A stretch of DNA of 64,000 nt from Catajapyx aquilonaris. Lineage: Eukaryota. Numbering within the stretch: position 1 is the first letter of the stretch; each line of letters begins with the position of its first letter. This document shows positions 51,019 through 63,578 of the stretch, one piece after another. The stretch spans positions 1-64,000 of the forward strand of contig JYFJ02001685.1 of NCBI GenBank assembly GCA_000934665.2, given 5' to 3'. The notes under the pieces are model-generated. The model was given only the letters and a program-made list of their open reading frames with translations. It did not search any database and was not told the DNA's origin. The position numbers and the translations under genes are program-made.

Positions 51019-54000
51019 GTGAGTCGGGGGCGTCTGGGGAGTATAAGGGGGTGGAGGTAGTGGCTGGCACGGGGACGGACACTAGCGGGGGCCCGGTCAC
51101 GGTACCCTTTTTTTTTTTTGGAACGTTTTTATTTTTTATTGTGGGGTACTTAAAGACAAAAGGGTGGCGGAAATGAGGAGAGGGATTTAAAATCGGAGGG
51201 TGCAAAGGGGTTGGGTAGCTAAGAGGTGAAAGGTTTCAAAAAATGCACGTTGTCATGGTCACATGATGGTTGTAAAAAGCAAAAGTGAAGACATTGTAAG
51301 TGGTAGTGGTGTTGCAGTGCGGCCCAAGGGGTAGTCACTGAGGTGTGCGGGTGTGCACTACAAAGGTATCTACATACCAGTGTATGGGACACAAGCTGTC
51401 AGAATGACATCAGCAGTGTCATTGCTGAGCAAGTCGCAATAATAATAATGGCAAAAAAGGTAGCATCAGTTTTAACTTAATTATGAGTGCGTAGTATTCA
51501 GTGTTCGGATAGTATACAGATGTTTGGATAGTTTGTGAATGTGTATCCTGTCCAGCCAGTCTTTTCTAAAATTGCAGTGGTAGTTTGGTATAAAATTTGT
51601 TGTCATTTCCAACTGTAGTAACAGCCAAACTCCCCAAAAGGGCTCTGCCCTATAATGGGGTAACTTAAATAATTAAAAAAATTAATAAAAAAATTGTAAC
51701 AGCCAAACTTTCAATGGCTGCCGTACCACATTTATCAATCAGAAGTGTTTACTGTGCATATTACTGATGTGAGATAGTTGTTCCAGGTACTAGTGACAAT
51801 CATTGTTGTGTATTTGGTCTATGGGTGTAAGAACCTGCCACTAATAATGCACGAGGCCTGACCTGGCATGGTGCAGATTGATTTCAGTAACCACACACAA
51901 TACGAAATCATTACTTCAGCCATGTTTGAAAAGTCTTGTTTATTCTCCGACAGTGGTTTTAACTCTGCCTTCTAACTATCCAGCAAACCCTGAATGCCGA
52001 ACTCAGTTAGGAAATGGTACTGACTCTCTTGCTGTTGCAGTTATTTCAAAATTATGGTACAGGAAGTTCCCAACTTACAAACAACCTGAAGTACTGTTCT
52101 ATACTTAGGAACAGGCTCCCAAGGCTCTCCATGAGGATAATTTATAATTAAATTGTTGGGGATGCAATGTGTTTGTCTTGTCAGAGAATACACTAGATCA
52201 GCGGTTCCCAAACTTTTCTGAACTGCGACCCACTATTTACAACTACAAATTTTCGCGACCCACGAACTTTTTTGGGGGGTAGGGTGGGGAGGAGTATTTA
52301 TGCCTCTTATCATCATCATTATTAGGCCTACTACGTTTTAAAATATACAGGGTGTTTCAACTCTTTTGTCTGAACAGTTATCGGAAAATTGCACTTAGCT
52401 GCTACTTTGTAAGCAGTGACTTGCAAACGGTGATTTTTCGGAGGAATGGGGAATATTCCTTGCGAATCGTAGGTTGAAGTGGGATGCGTGCTGCCCCCTG
52501 AAAATTGATAGTCGAGTCTGGAAAAATGAGGGTCACACATGCCATGGAATGTGTGACCCTCTTTTTCCCCATTACCCATTCCTCCGGCAAATCACCAGTT
52601 GCAGGTCACTGCTTACAGAGTAGCAGCTACTTGCAATTTTCCGATAACTGTTTGGACAAAGAAGTTGAAACACCCTGTATAAATGGAATATAATTTCGAG
52701 TCAACCACGCCTGTCCCTAGAACTTAGCATATGCCATATGGTGCTCATTTCAGGTCTTCATACTTATAATGCAAAATTTTCAAATTTCTAAACCTTCCCG
52801 CCCCACAATTTGGGAACCGCTGCACTAGATGCCATGTGCTTTCCTAGCTGTCCTTTTGTGAAATTTCTCTCTCTCTCTCTCTCTCTCTCCCCCTCTCCCC
52901 CCCCACTCAGTCGTCATGTTAAAGTAGCGACAGTTTGTGTGTTTTACATATTATCCCTCCACTCTCACTACACTAATTTTTGTGCATGCTGACCAACACC
53001 AAGTTCAATATAAATACTGTACTCAAATTAATAATTCAGGAACTACTTTCTTCCGGGCATGTAAACTAACCCACAAATCAGAGACATTCGTTGGTGCAGC
53101 ATCTTGACACTAGCAGCTTTTTTTATTATGTACATGAGCTGTTCTTAGTGAATCTGAGTTACATACAAATCCAGCGTGCTGACATTCTCAGGAAAGTGTC
53201 TTGTTCATAAGTTGGGGACTTTCTGTAATTATATGTGGATACTTAGAGCTGTTTACTCTTCATTTATTATACGAAATGTAGCATCCTGAAATTGATAAAC
53301 AGTGGAATGGAAATATGTGTTATTTACCTTCCCCAAATCCCTGGATTTACACGTACCCGATTTGTGAGTCATTGTGGTATAACTTGTACAGTACAAAATG
53401 TATGGGACAGTGATAACCTCCACTTAAAACATGCATAAACATGTAAGAAGGGAAATGCTTATGCCAATGGTTTTATTGGGTCCATACACAAAGGTCACTA
53501 TGGGTGTGTACTCCGGAATAACTCGCGAACTGGGGGGTGTGCGTAAACCCAGGGATTTGGGTAGCTTCCATGCACATTTTTTGACCCATTTGTTTATGTG
53601 CCAAACAGGTTTTTGAAATTATGCAGCTAAATCTAACCTATTTACTGAAAGTTTCTGAAACAAAAATAAAAATTAGCTCAAGGCAATCTGATGCTGACAC
53701 CTTTTGCCACAGCTAATGGCATTGTTCACTTGTGACTGTCTTCCTATTCAAACACTGAGCACTCCCCTGAGTGCTTCGTCACATTTTTGTGTTCATTGCT
53801 CCCACATTGCATTGTATGTTATGCAGCCATGTAAAGTTCGTATTTTTCCGAGTAATTTGTTATGATGCAGATATCAGTGAGAATATAGTACATCAAGAGA
53901 GGAAGCAACCTGTATGGGAAGGGGTATTGATCTTGCAAATCCTGGTTATATACGTAATGCTAAGTTGCATGAACAAGACTACACTGTGAACTGCAAACCA

Positions 54001-57000
54001 TTAAACGAGCATCACTAGTGAGTCTCCCATGGAGCATCAATTTTTAATGCTCTTGTTTTTAGCAACAAAAAAGCATTACAAGAGCATTAAAAATTGGTGC
54101 TCCATGGCAGTAATGCCTGCTTGTTTTGGTCTAATGTAAGGCCCGAAGTAGGGCCCTTTCAGAATGTGTTAAAATTGAGGAAACAATATGTTCTAACCTT
54201 ACTTGAAATGGATACAAAGGCTGTAGACTTTCTAGTTCTCTTCTTTCTTCAGCAACTGACTCTTGAGGGGCTTGCTGGCTATCATCATACTTCTTTTTTA
54301 GGCCTTAATGTAACTTCTGGAATCACCTTCCAGATATGTGCTGATTAGGTCATTTCCCTCTGTGGGCCTCCCAAAAGCAGCCAGTGAGCTAATGTTCAAG
54401 TTATCAACAAAGCTTCTTGAGGAATACATGCAGAGCCACATTCATCTTCACCAATTTGTGCCCCATGAAACCTCCTGACCTGTTATTGCTATGTTGCCAT
54501 ACCCTGAACATATTTCGTCTGCTTGGACATGCCCAAGACTTTCAGTAGTCCATGAATTACGAACTTAGGAAGACCAATTCAAAGTCATTAATGCACTTTA
54601 ATTTTGTCTTCTTCACAATGTAGTGTAGCAGAAAGTCACCTATTACAGAAATTTGTTTAAAAATTGAACAGAGCAACTCCCCTCTGTACAGGTTTCACAG
54701 CTGTTAAATTGCCATCTTGTATAGAAATGTCAGAATCCACAGTTAATAAGACAATGGGTAGTGACTTGTGACTGCTTTGTCCAACTCTCCTGATCCAAAA
54801 AGTAACAAACATGGTAGCTGTGATCTGCAGACTAATGGGCAGCTTCTTCATCATCGAAAATGTCGCATGTGATGAATACAGGAAGACCCCCGCCTGGGAG
54901 TTCCCTTTCACCTGTGTCAGAACTTGCAAGTGTCTGGCAACCTGGAGAACAGCACATGACCCCTTTCCAGATATTGCACTTGCACCCATGTTCCCTCCCG
55001 AAAAATCCCTATTCTTACCCAGTGTCCTTGATTCCCTGCACTGGAGTTCGAATTTAAAAAATGGAAAATAGAAAATGGAAATATGGTGGTATTCCACCCC
55101 CCAACATTGACACTGGTCTCACGGGTACAACTTAAAAAAAAAACAACAACAAAAACAACAAAAAACAGGAAGACCCTGATCTACAATGGGGATACATTCA
55201 GCTGAGAACACTATAAGTCGGATTTGTACATGACTTGGACCCCTGATGTACTGTGCATTTATGGTACCTAGTAATGATAATAAGAATAGCTGCTAGCATA
55301 AAGATGCTGCACCAACGAACCACTTCCGCCATGGGGGGTTGTTTACATATGCAGAGAAAGTAGTGCCCGAATTATTTATTAATTATGCTGTATTTTTGTT
55401 GAACTTGGTGTTGGTCAACAAAGTAGAAGTGATTGTGAGTTGAGGGTTATTCATAAATTATCCTTATGGGGAGCCTTGGGAGCCAGTTTGTAAGTACAGA
55501 TCGCCGTGAGTTGGGTCATTGATATACTGGGGACTTACTATATGTTTCCTATCAGCACTTGGGATTAGTTTCAATTTTTTTACATGCTCTCGAAATTAAC
55601 TGTTCAATCTTCACTGATCTCCTTGTAAATTCTACTGGTAGTGGGGTCATGATTGGTGGAATTCCTCCCGACCAAAAGTCATTGTTCTTCATGCTGGCAT
55701 CATCCTCCTGCCTACTTCCTACCACCATGCTGTACTATGTGGATGATCCAGTGCATTGTAGTTTATACTGGCTAGTTGAGTACGCAGGAATGTGACTGTC
55801 GTTAAAATCGGAATCTTCAGCTGCCATCTGCTGGTAGACAGTGCACAACAGGATTAGGTCAGAAGTGCAGTACACCTTACTTGCTGCAACTATTTGACTC
55901 AAGTATTGTTATATTTCTTAAATGCTTGTTATGAATGTGGCATTGTGCTACATGGACTCAGTGAACTTCTTTATATTGATTCGGTTTGAAGTGCCTGAGC
56001 TTTTTAAAAGCTTCCTGTACGTTCAGTTTTATAATAGAAGTTATCTTGATTGCCAGTGATTGTATTCACCACCTTGATGTAATGACAACATCCGACATGT
56101 GTTTGCCATCATGGGTGATTTTGGATTTGAGTTGGTGTTTGCCTTTGATACTAAGCTAGTTGGATTGCTAGAGGAATCATAACTTTGGTACGGACCTAAC
56201 TAGCCGTCAATTGTATAATGCAATGTTTTTATTGTAGACATGCACTCTGTTGGCATTGTGATGTACTTCCCATATTTCTGATTCCATTTCAGTAGGTGAA
56301 GAGCAGTGCTTTTCAAGCTTCTGAGACATTCTGGAATACAGTAAACCTCAATATAATGCTCCCACATATAGCGCCATCCCACTTATAACGCTACTTTTGG
56401 GCAGTCTGTTGAAGAGTGTTATATCGAGGTTTTACTGTAATAAATCTTGTGTGGTAATGAGAGCCTTTGTGTAGGTGCATTTGAACTGCCTCTGGTAATT
56501 TATTGTGTTCTCTCCTCAGGTGCACAAAAAAGTTAACTACATGGAAATGGAAGAAGACAGCGATGCTTCCAGTTCTGGCAGTGACTTTGAGGATCCTGAC
56601 ACCATTGAAGTTCCAGGTTATTGATCTTGGCTATAATTCTGTACATCCCCTTTGTCATTAAGAAATACAGGGAATGTGTTGCACTTTTTTCTGATGCTCC
56701 CCTAGATAGAAGATAGTTCATACATTGCCTTACTCAAGAATTCCATATGTCAAAGTAAATGTACTTGCACTTTCAAGTAACATTTTCACATTAACATCTA
56801 TTTGGCATGGTTGTGACACTGAAAGTAATCTGTGTACAACCAATACATCCTATCATGAACTGGAGAACTAAAGCCTTTTCATGTACACCTGCGAGCATAA
56901 AGATGGAGACAGCAGGCTGCTCTGCCAATCTCAGCAATTACGGTATCAAATACACTGGCATATATTCACGAACACATGCCTGAGGCAGCCAACTTGGTCC

Positions 57001-60000
57001 AAAAATAGTTCATTAATTTGAGTCTGATAAAGAAAAATCAAAAAAGGGCCTGCCGTCTCCATGTTTATGCTCGCAGGGGTACATTGGTTCATCATGTCTT
57101 CAGTGCTAGCTTAAACATGTTTGTTTAATGGCAGGTGGTGGGAAGAATTTGGTTCAAGTGGCATCTGCTGCTAAAGCAAAGTTGCATCCAGATCCTACAA
57201 CTGCTGTCAAGCAAGAGCCAGGAACAGCCAGCATAAAAGCAGAACCTGGCCTCAGAGGTTAGTGTAGTTAGTGTAGCTATTTCTTGGTCACCAGTTTGTT
57301 ATTAAAGTAATTAGGTATGTGAAATGAATAGGTTCTGTAAATATTGTTAGCATAAATTGCACGTCATTTCAGATGCATCAGAAGCAGGACCAGCCAGCAA
57401 AGTTCCAGGAGGTTTGGTTACAAAAACCAATGCCCAGCCTGGATATGAGGTGATCCGAATGAATTCGGGTGCACCCAACCCATTTGGAATGAACCCTGAA
57501 AGCTATTACCCTACCATGAGCCTATTGCAGAACATGCAGCTCATGGGACAATTCAACCCTGCACATTTTCTGCAGCAATGTAAGTCATGATAATCATTAT
57601 TTACAACTTTTTTTGGAAAGTAGCTGTAGGTCAATGTTTATACATAATCATACATATGTTTAGCATAGAGCAATACACCAGTGGGGAAAAAACCTCATAT
57701 ACTGCTACATTTAATCAGAGTTGTGTAGCATTAACCCTTACATTACCACCACAAGGAATTTTTTTCAGGTGGTGTTTAATTATATTTATGACCCCCACAT
57801 TGTCATCAGCCACTTGTCGATGAGCCAGCAGTCTTTTTTTCCCTCATGGCCAGCTTCACCAAAGCCAACCTTTTAACCAATGTTAGCTGTTGACAAGTGG
57901 CTATCTATTGCATTTTTTCATGATTTCCTCCAATGAATCATCTGTAATGCTCCAAATTCAAAGTCCAGAAATGTTACATGTGTGTTTCATAGTCGTTCTC
58001 TATCGGCCCAATGAGTGTCAAGAAATTCCTGACCATTCATTACAATTTAGAAGTAAATCGCGAAATTTAGAAATTACACCACAAAATTAATTGCTGGAAC
58101 CTATATCAACGATGGTTGCCATGTCATTGAGCTTTTGCTAATAATTACTTACTTTTGTTATGCCGTGTTTTTCACCATAGTGTAACTAAATGATGCAAAT
58201 AATTATTAGCTTCAACTCCAAAACGTTTTCATTGGTAATTGTAGCGTATTGGAAGGAAAAAATGGCAACGCTGCATGGAATTGGACACGAGTGCAGGCAA
58301 GCGTAACCCGAACCTCAGCCTCTTTTTTTACCGTTTTATTGCTGGACGTGAAAAATGTCAAACTTGTGAAATGTATAGAAGAGGACCTGAGTTAAAACAC
58401 ATAGTTTTTTACTCCTTATAAGCATTATTGCACATCTAAGAGCTAGATAATGGCGCAAAATTCAGAAATTTGTGCAATTTTTTTGCATTAACATTTTATA
58501 ACCAAGTTATTAACTTAAAAATATCAAATATAATTATGTCATACGAGTCTTATATTGTAATAATTCTGACGACATCTCAGCCATCAACATTGTGACCTTG
58601 TCACTCAAGTTACAGCGATATTTTCGGTGTCCCGATTTTCTGGATAGCAGTAGATAAAGGGCTTTAAAAATCTTAACCACCAGGGACACTCCACTCAAAA
58701 TACAAGTAGGCCTCTAAAAATCAGGCAAAAAATCCTGATTCCGAGAATGCGATCCTTTTTTCTCTGAGCCGAACGGTAATCCGCGAAATAAATCTCAAAG
58801 TAGGCCGTCTGCAAACCCCCTGCCCCTCCAGACTCGGCGCCACCACCCCCGGCCACAGTCCCGCTGCCCCTCCACTCTCGGCGCCACCACCCCCGGCCAC
58901 CTGGCGGCTGCCTGAGGAAGTTGGATACCCGAATCTCTATCCACCTTGGATACCCGTCACCAGCAGCGCGAGTTTGAAATGCAGTTCGGGGTCGGATATT
59001 ACTGGCTGCTGCCAGTGCATAATATGTTGTCACCGAGGTGTTACTTTCCGGACCTCGCCTTTGCTTGGCCCCTAATTGTTTACCGGAGGCCTACATCTGT
59101 AGTTGCGTCCGCATACACCAATTTAGTCGCAATACGGCAATAGTGCCAAATGTTAGCAATCTTCTAGCCCCAACACATTTTAGCTGCTATTCTCAAACGC
59201 GTCGCGGTTATTCCAAGATGGCGCAGTCCAGCGCATGGTCCAGCGAATCTGTTCCGTAATGGAAAAGGAGAGTACCAGTACGCGACCTGGTATGGAGGCT
59301 GCCGAGGGACATACCACCCCCCAAGTTCGAGGCTGCCCCCGACCCAGTCCGCATGGGATCCTCCCGTATCACTGCGAAATACGTCACTCGCTCGAATGGT
59401 TTCTTATGGCGCTTACAAACTACACAGAACGGGCCACCACCCTTGCCTTTCTTGCCCATGATGCTACTTGCTTCCAAGCCCGCCTCGATATGCCGGACTT
59501 GATAAACCCCCAGGCTGCCGAAGTGCTAAACATAAACATGTGTCGCCTTCCAGTCATCGTTCCCTCCGGGCGTTGAGTCATGGGGATCTGATGCGGGAGC
59601 AACATATGTAGTCCACCCGTAAACAATTAGGGGCCAAGCAAAGGTGAGGCCCGGAAAGTAACACCTCGGTGACAACATATATGCATTGGCAGCAGCCAGA
59701 AATATCCGACCCCGAACTGCATTCCAAACTCGCGCTGCTGGATTCGGGTATGAAACTTCCTCAGGCAGCCGCCAGGTGGCGAGTACCCAACTTCCCCCCG
59801 TGGCCGCGGGTGAGGATGGCGGCTCCACGCTCGATCAGAAGTCGAATTTATTCCGACTTTCGTATCTTCCCCTGTCATTACCGTTCGCCTCAGAGAAAAA
59901 CGGATCGCATTCTCGGAATCAGGATTCCTTGCCTGATTTTTAGAGGCCAACTTGTATTTTGAGTGGAGTGTCCCTTTAAGAGTACATCTAAGTATGTGTA

Positions 60001-61167
60001 GAATGTAAAGAATATGAAAGGATTTCAGAAGTTAGGCTACCTACTTTGCATGCGAGTTCCTCTATTTCAGGGAAAAAAATTGACATCTGAACTACTTAAT
60101 GATCCAAAGGACACCTGGAAGGTTTGCTGTACAAGTTGCATAAGTTCCCTATGGATAAGAAGATTGTGATGTATTGTTACCATATTACCATGTGAACTGC
60201 GGCATGCCAATATCAATTAATCCATCAGTCCACCCCTAGGGGAGCTTTCTGACTGGAATAAAGTTTTCACCATTTCATCTTTTTTTGTCAAATAGATGAT
60301 AAATAAAATAATAAGCAGTGTGCTGCCAGAACAGGTTTATTACCTCACAGGAAGTAGTATTTTTTTGTAGCATATGTAAGTGATTGATTGATTGATTTTT
60401 TATTTTTTTTTACCTTATGTGGTGCAGACAGCTTTCTGGAACCACGCAAAACATCATACCATGACCTAGGCTGATCATTATCAGACGAACCATTTCAGAT
60501 TTTAAGTAATTATTGTTTGTAATTAGAGTAGGAGTGAGTTAATTCTTCTGATTGATATGCTACTTAAATGCCTTAACATTTCTATTGACCCATTTGTGTA
60601 AATGAGTATTAATATGCTACTATGATAACATAGTCTCAGTAAGCCACAGAGAGCTTACCCCTTTGTGTCTGCAAATTTTGATTGGTTACAGTGTTCATTT
60701 TTCAACCCAATCTTGCCTGATGCTGTAGACTGTAGAGGGATGAAGGGTCATTTTTCTGTACATAGTGTAGCACTTTGGGTAGTTTTGAGAATGGGAAATT
60801 AGGGTGTATGTCGGCTAAACACTGCCATGCCAACGTAAAGCTCATGACCCCGTGTTGATTGCTTTCACCTTACGGAAGGACGAAATTGGCATGTGATTTA
60901 TGGAAGCGGTCCAGGACATTCATGAATGGTTGATACCTATGCAGGAAAGGCAGTGAAGATGTATTTTCTTTTTAATTTTCCAACTTTTAAAAAGTAAAAT
61001 CCTCCACAAGTTTTTTCATGGTAAAAATAGACAAAACCCTTTTACCAGTATCGCCTACCTCATACCAGCATGCTAGTAGAGTCACCAGATGTGCGTTTTC
61101 TAAAATTGAGTTACCTCTGATTTTATCAGCATGCCATAGTATACGTGGTAATATGGTATCATCATGA

Positions 61168-61238
<71 letters not shown>

Positions 61239-63569
61239 TTATTATTATTCCTGGTCATGATAATTTTTTTGTAACATGTAAAGATGGTACCAAAAATTTG
61301 ACTTTGCCTTGGATCAGTCACTTTCAGTGGAGGTTGTTTCTACTACAAATGCAATGATATTTCAAATTAGATTTATCATAACTCCAAGTCACATTCAGAA
61401 ACCGAGCATAGTGTTATTTCTAGTCTACAGGGACTAACTGGGTTTAAAAAAAATTCTCATGCAGAAACACAGATTAGGCTTAAACCCTCCTTGCCCAAGA
61501 GTTGCATGGAATAGGAAATTTAGACCAGGGAGGGAGGTAATTTATCATTGTATTAGGAAGGTCTAACTTGGATGTCATGCAGTTGGTCATTTTGCATAGA
61601 GTGCCTGTGTAGCTAACTGGTGTCACATGACATCTTGCGACATTATTAACGCCTTTTGTGCATTTTATAGCATGTGATTTTTCCAATTGCCATTTAGATT
61701 GAGCCAGTGGGGACTATCCTTAAATGCATTTCTGAATGCAAATTGTGGTTGACACTCTTAGTCTGGGACTAGCTTGGTCTGCCGTAATCCCAAGAGTAGT
61801 GAGAACTAGCAATATGCCAGTGAACATGGCCCAATAGAAATAAATGTAGCTGTTCTGTTCAGCCAGTGTTATTAGAAACAACCTGCACTAAAATGATGGT
61901 GATAGAAGGGAAAGAGTGTGTTCTTGGAAACCTCTCTTTAAAAGTTGCATCACAAACCCAGTTAAAGCATGATTTTATCCCTGACCTGTGTTGGACCCCT
62001 TTTTTTGACTTTGATTTTCTTTAGCCCGAATAGTAAAGAAACCACAAGATGCCAATTCTTACAATTTGGCAGCTATGGAACAAGGAGGCCTGAGTGCCCT
62101 CCAGAACAACCCATTTCTGATGGCTGCTGCCAATGGGATGCGAGGAGCTGGTAGTTTGCCTCCTGGTGCAAACCCTTTCCTTATGAACCCAGCATTGTTC
62201 CAAGGGTTTGCTGGATCACTTTCGGGAAAGACAGTCTCCCAGCTGTGGCTTAACCATGATACCAAAGTCCGTGTACGTATACATGTTGTACCTTGGTGTA
62301 GGTCACAAACTGGCTGGTGACTTACGCACTCTGTTTTACAGATGAACATGATGGCAGCAGCTGGTGGATTGGAGGAGGAAGAAGGTGGGGAGGAAGATGA
62401 AGAAATGGGTGTTGCAGAGACCTACAATGATTACATGCCCACCAAAGGTATGCTAAATGATCCGAAATGAGTTGTGTGTGGTGCCATCATTTTATTATAA
62501 TAGGAGACCTTTTCTCTCCTTCATGTTGTACCATTCAATGTTGTTGTGTGCATTGTTGCTTATAGAGTAATTTCACTTATAGTGAAAGTGGGCAAGAAAC
62601 ATCCAGACCCTGTGGTGGAGACAGCATCATTAGCTAGTGTTGTACCCCCAGATGCATGGTACAAGCTTCACTTACCAGATGAAACAATTAGGTCTGGGTC
62701 ACTGTCTGCCTTACAGCTAGAGGCTATCGTATATGCCTGTCAACAGCATGATCAGTTCTTACCAGATGGGACTAGAGCTGGATTCCTAATTGGTGAGTGC
62801 TTGATAGAATTACGAGCATGCTGCTTTTTTGACCATGGAGGAATTAATTTTTTATTGTTATGCATTTTTTAGGTGATGGAGCAGGTGTGGGCAAGGGGAG
62901 GACCATTGCCGGAATTATTTATGAAAATTATCTCTGTGGACGGAAACGATCCATTTGGGTGTCAGTATCGAATGACTTGAAGTATGATTCAGAACGTGAT
63001 TTGCGGGACATTGGTGCACATAAGATACCTGTTTACCCTTTAAATAAGGTTAGTATAATATGGCGCTAGCATTGGTTACCACATACATTATTTGCCGAAA
63101 CACCAAGACTGGTGGATACACTGGCTTACAGAGGGGTCTTGTGTACATTTTCACTGTGAAGGATACATCTTTTAGTAAATATTTTCCAGAAGGGGACATA
63201 ATACAGGTATGGAGACTCACTCCCCCCTCCATCTCTTGTGCTCCTATAGATCCACAACATTTATGACAAAATCCGACCTTTCAACTCATTCTCTTGACTA
63301 TCAATGTATCAGTACTGACATTGCAAAATATTAATTTCGAGAGATAACTTTAAAAGTTTAAGGTTATACTAATGATGCTTATTAACTCATGGCACTTTGT
63401 TATTCAGATGAAGTATGCCAAAATATCGTCGGCAGTGAACAACAATGTGAAGAAGGGAGTGATATTTTCCACCTACTCGGCCCTGATTGGAGAATCCCAG
63501 TCAGGATCCAAGTACAAGACGAGACTGAAGCAGTTGCTACAGTGGTGTGGTGAAGACTTTGATGGAACT
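50998..63569 (+). CDS. sno: Strawberry notch (SBNO1-like DExD/H-related protein); continues beyond the right edge
   Basis: Exons 50998-51018, 56520-56616, 57135-57257, 57373-57579, 62025-62272, 62342-62447, 62583-62792, 62873-63048, 63408-63569. Motifs [72 protein letters not shown]. Confidence 0.96.
52199..52822. mobile_element. hAT (Charlie-like) MITE carrying a nested Tc1/mariner MITE
   Basis: CAGCGGTTCCCAAA...TTTGGGAACCGCTG with exact 8-bp TSD CACTAGAT (52191-52198, 52823-52830). Confidence 0.9.
52348..52677. mobile_element. Tc1/mariner-type MITE (CAGGGTG family)
   Basis: TA|CAGGGTGTTTCAACT...AGTTGAAACACCCTG|TA with TIRs of about 80 bp. Confidence 0.88.
56881..57084. mobile_element. Short MITE in sno intron 2
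   Basis: ATGTACACCTGCGAGCATAAAGATGGAGACAGCAGGC ... GCCTGCCGTCTCCATGTTTATGCTCGCAGGGGTACAT. Confidence 0.75.
58682..59975. mobile_element. 1.3-kb non-autonomous element with ~400-bp TIRs (Kolobok-like termini)
   Basis: AGGGACACTCCACTCAAAATACAAGT ... ACTTGTATTTTGAGTGGAGTGTCCCT|TTAA; second matched block 58896-59085 versus 59615-59780. The left TTAA is not directly adjacent. Confidence 0.8.
61168..61236. repeat. (TAT)n microsatellite
   Basis: About 23 perfect TAT units. Confidence 0.97.
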
Positions 63570-63578
63570 GTATCCTTT
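63570..63578 (+). other. U12-type (minor spliceosome) 5' splice site in sno
   Basis: Conserved Sno coding sequence stops at ...EDFDGT and is followed by GTATCCTTT, the U12 donor consensus. Confidence 0.8.

Larger units (their letters stand above)
52100..55500. mobile_element. Old ~3.4-kb DNA transposon with long imperfect TIRs in sno intron 1
   Basis: 52100-52145 and 52990-53118 are reverse complements of 55450-55500 and 55288-55418 (e.g. GACCAACACCAAGTTCAA/TTGAACTTGGTGTTGGTC; TTCGTTGGTGCAGCATCTT/AAGATGCTGCACCAACGAA). Ends approximate. Confidence 0.65.

Noticed and set aside
57731..58670. piggyBac-like element (TTAACCCT left end)
   Set aside because: The right end matches only weakly (AAAGGGCTTTAA), so no convincing TIR pair could be shown.
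58695..59962. Several 65-113-aa ORFs in the long-TIR element
   Set aside because: They are mirror-image frames produced by the inverted arms and contain no transposase motifs.
61100..61357. Poly-Asn / poly-Ile ORFs
   Set aside because: They are translations of the (TAT)n microsatellite.
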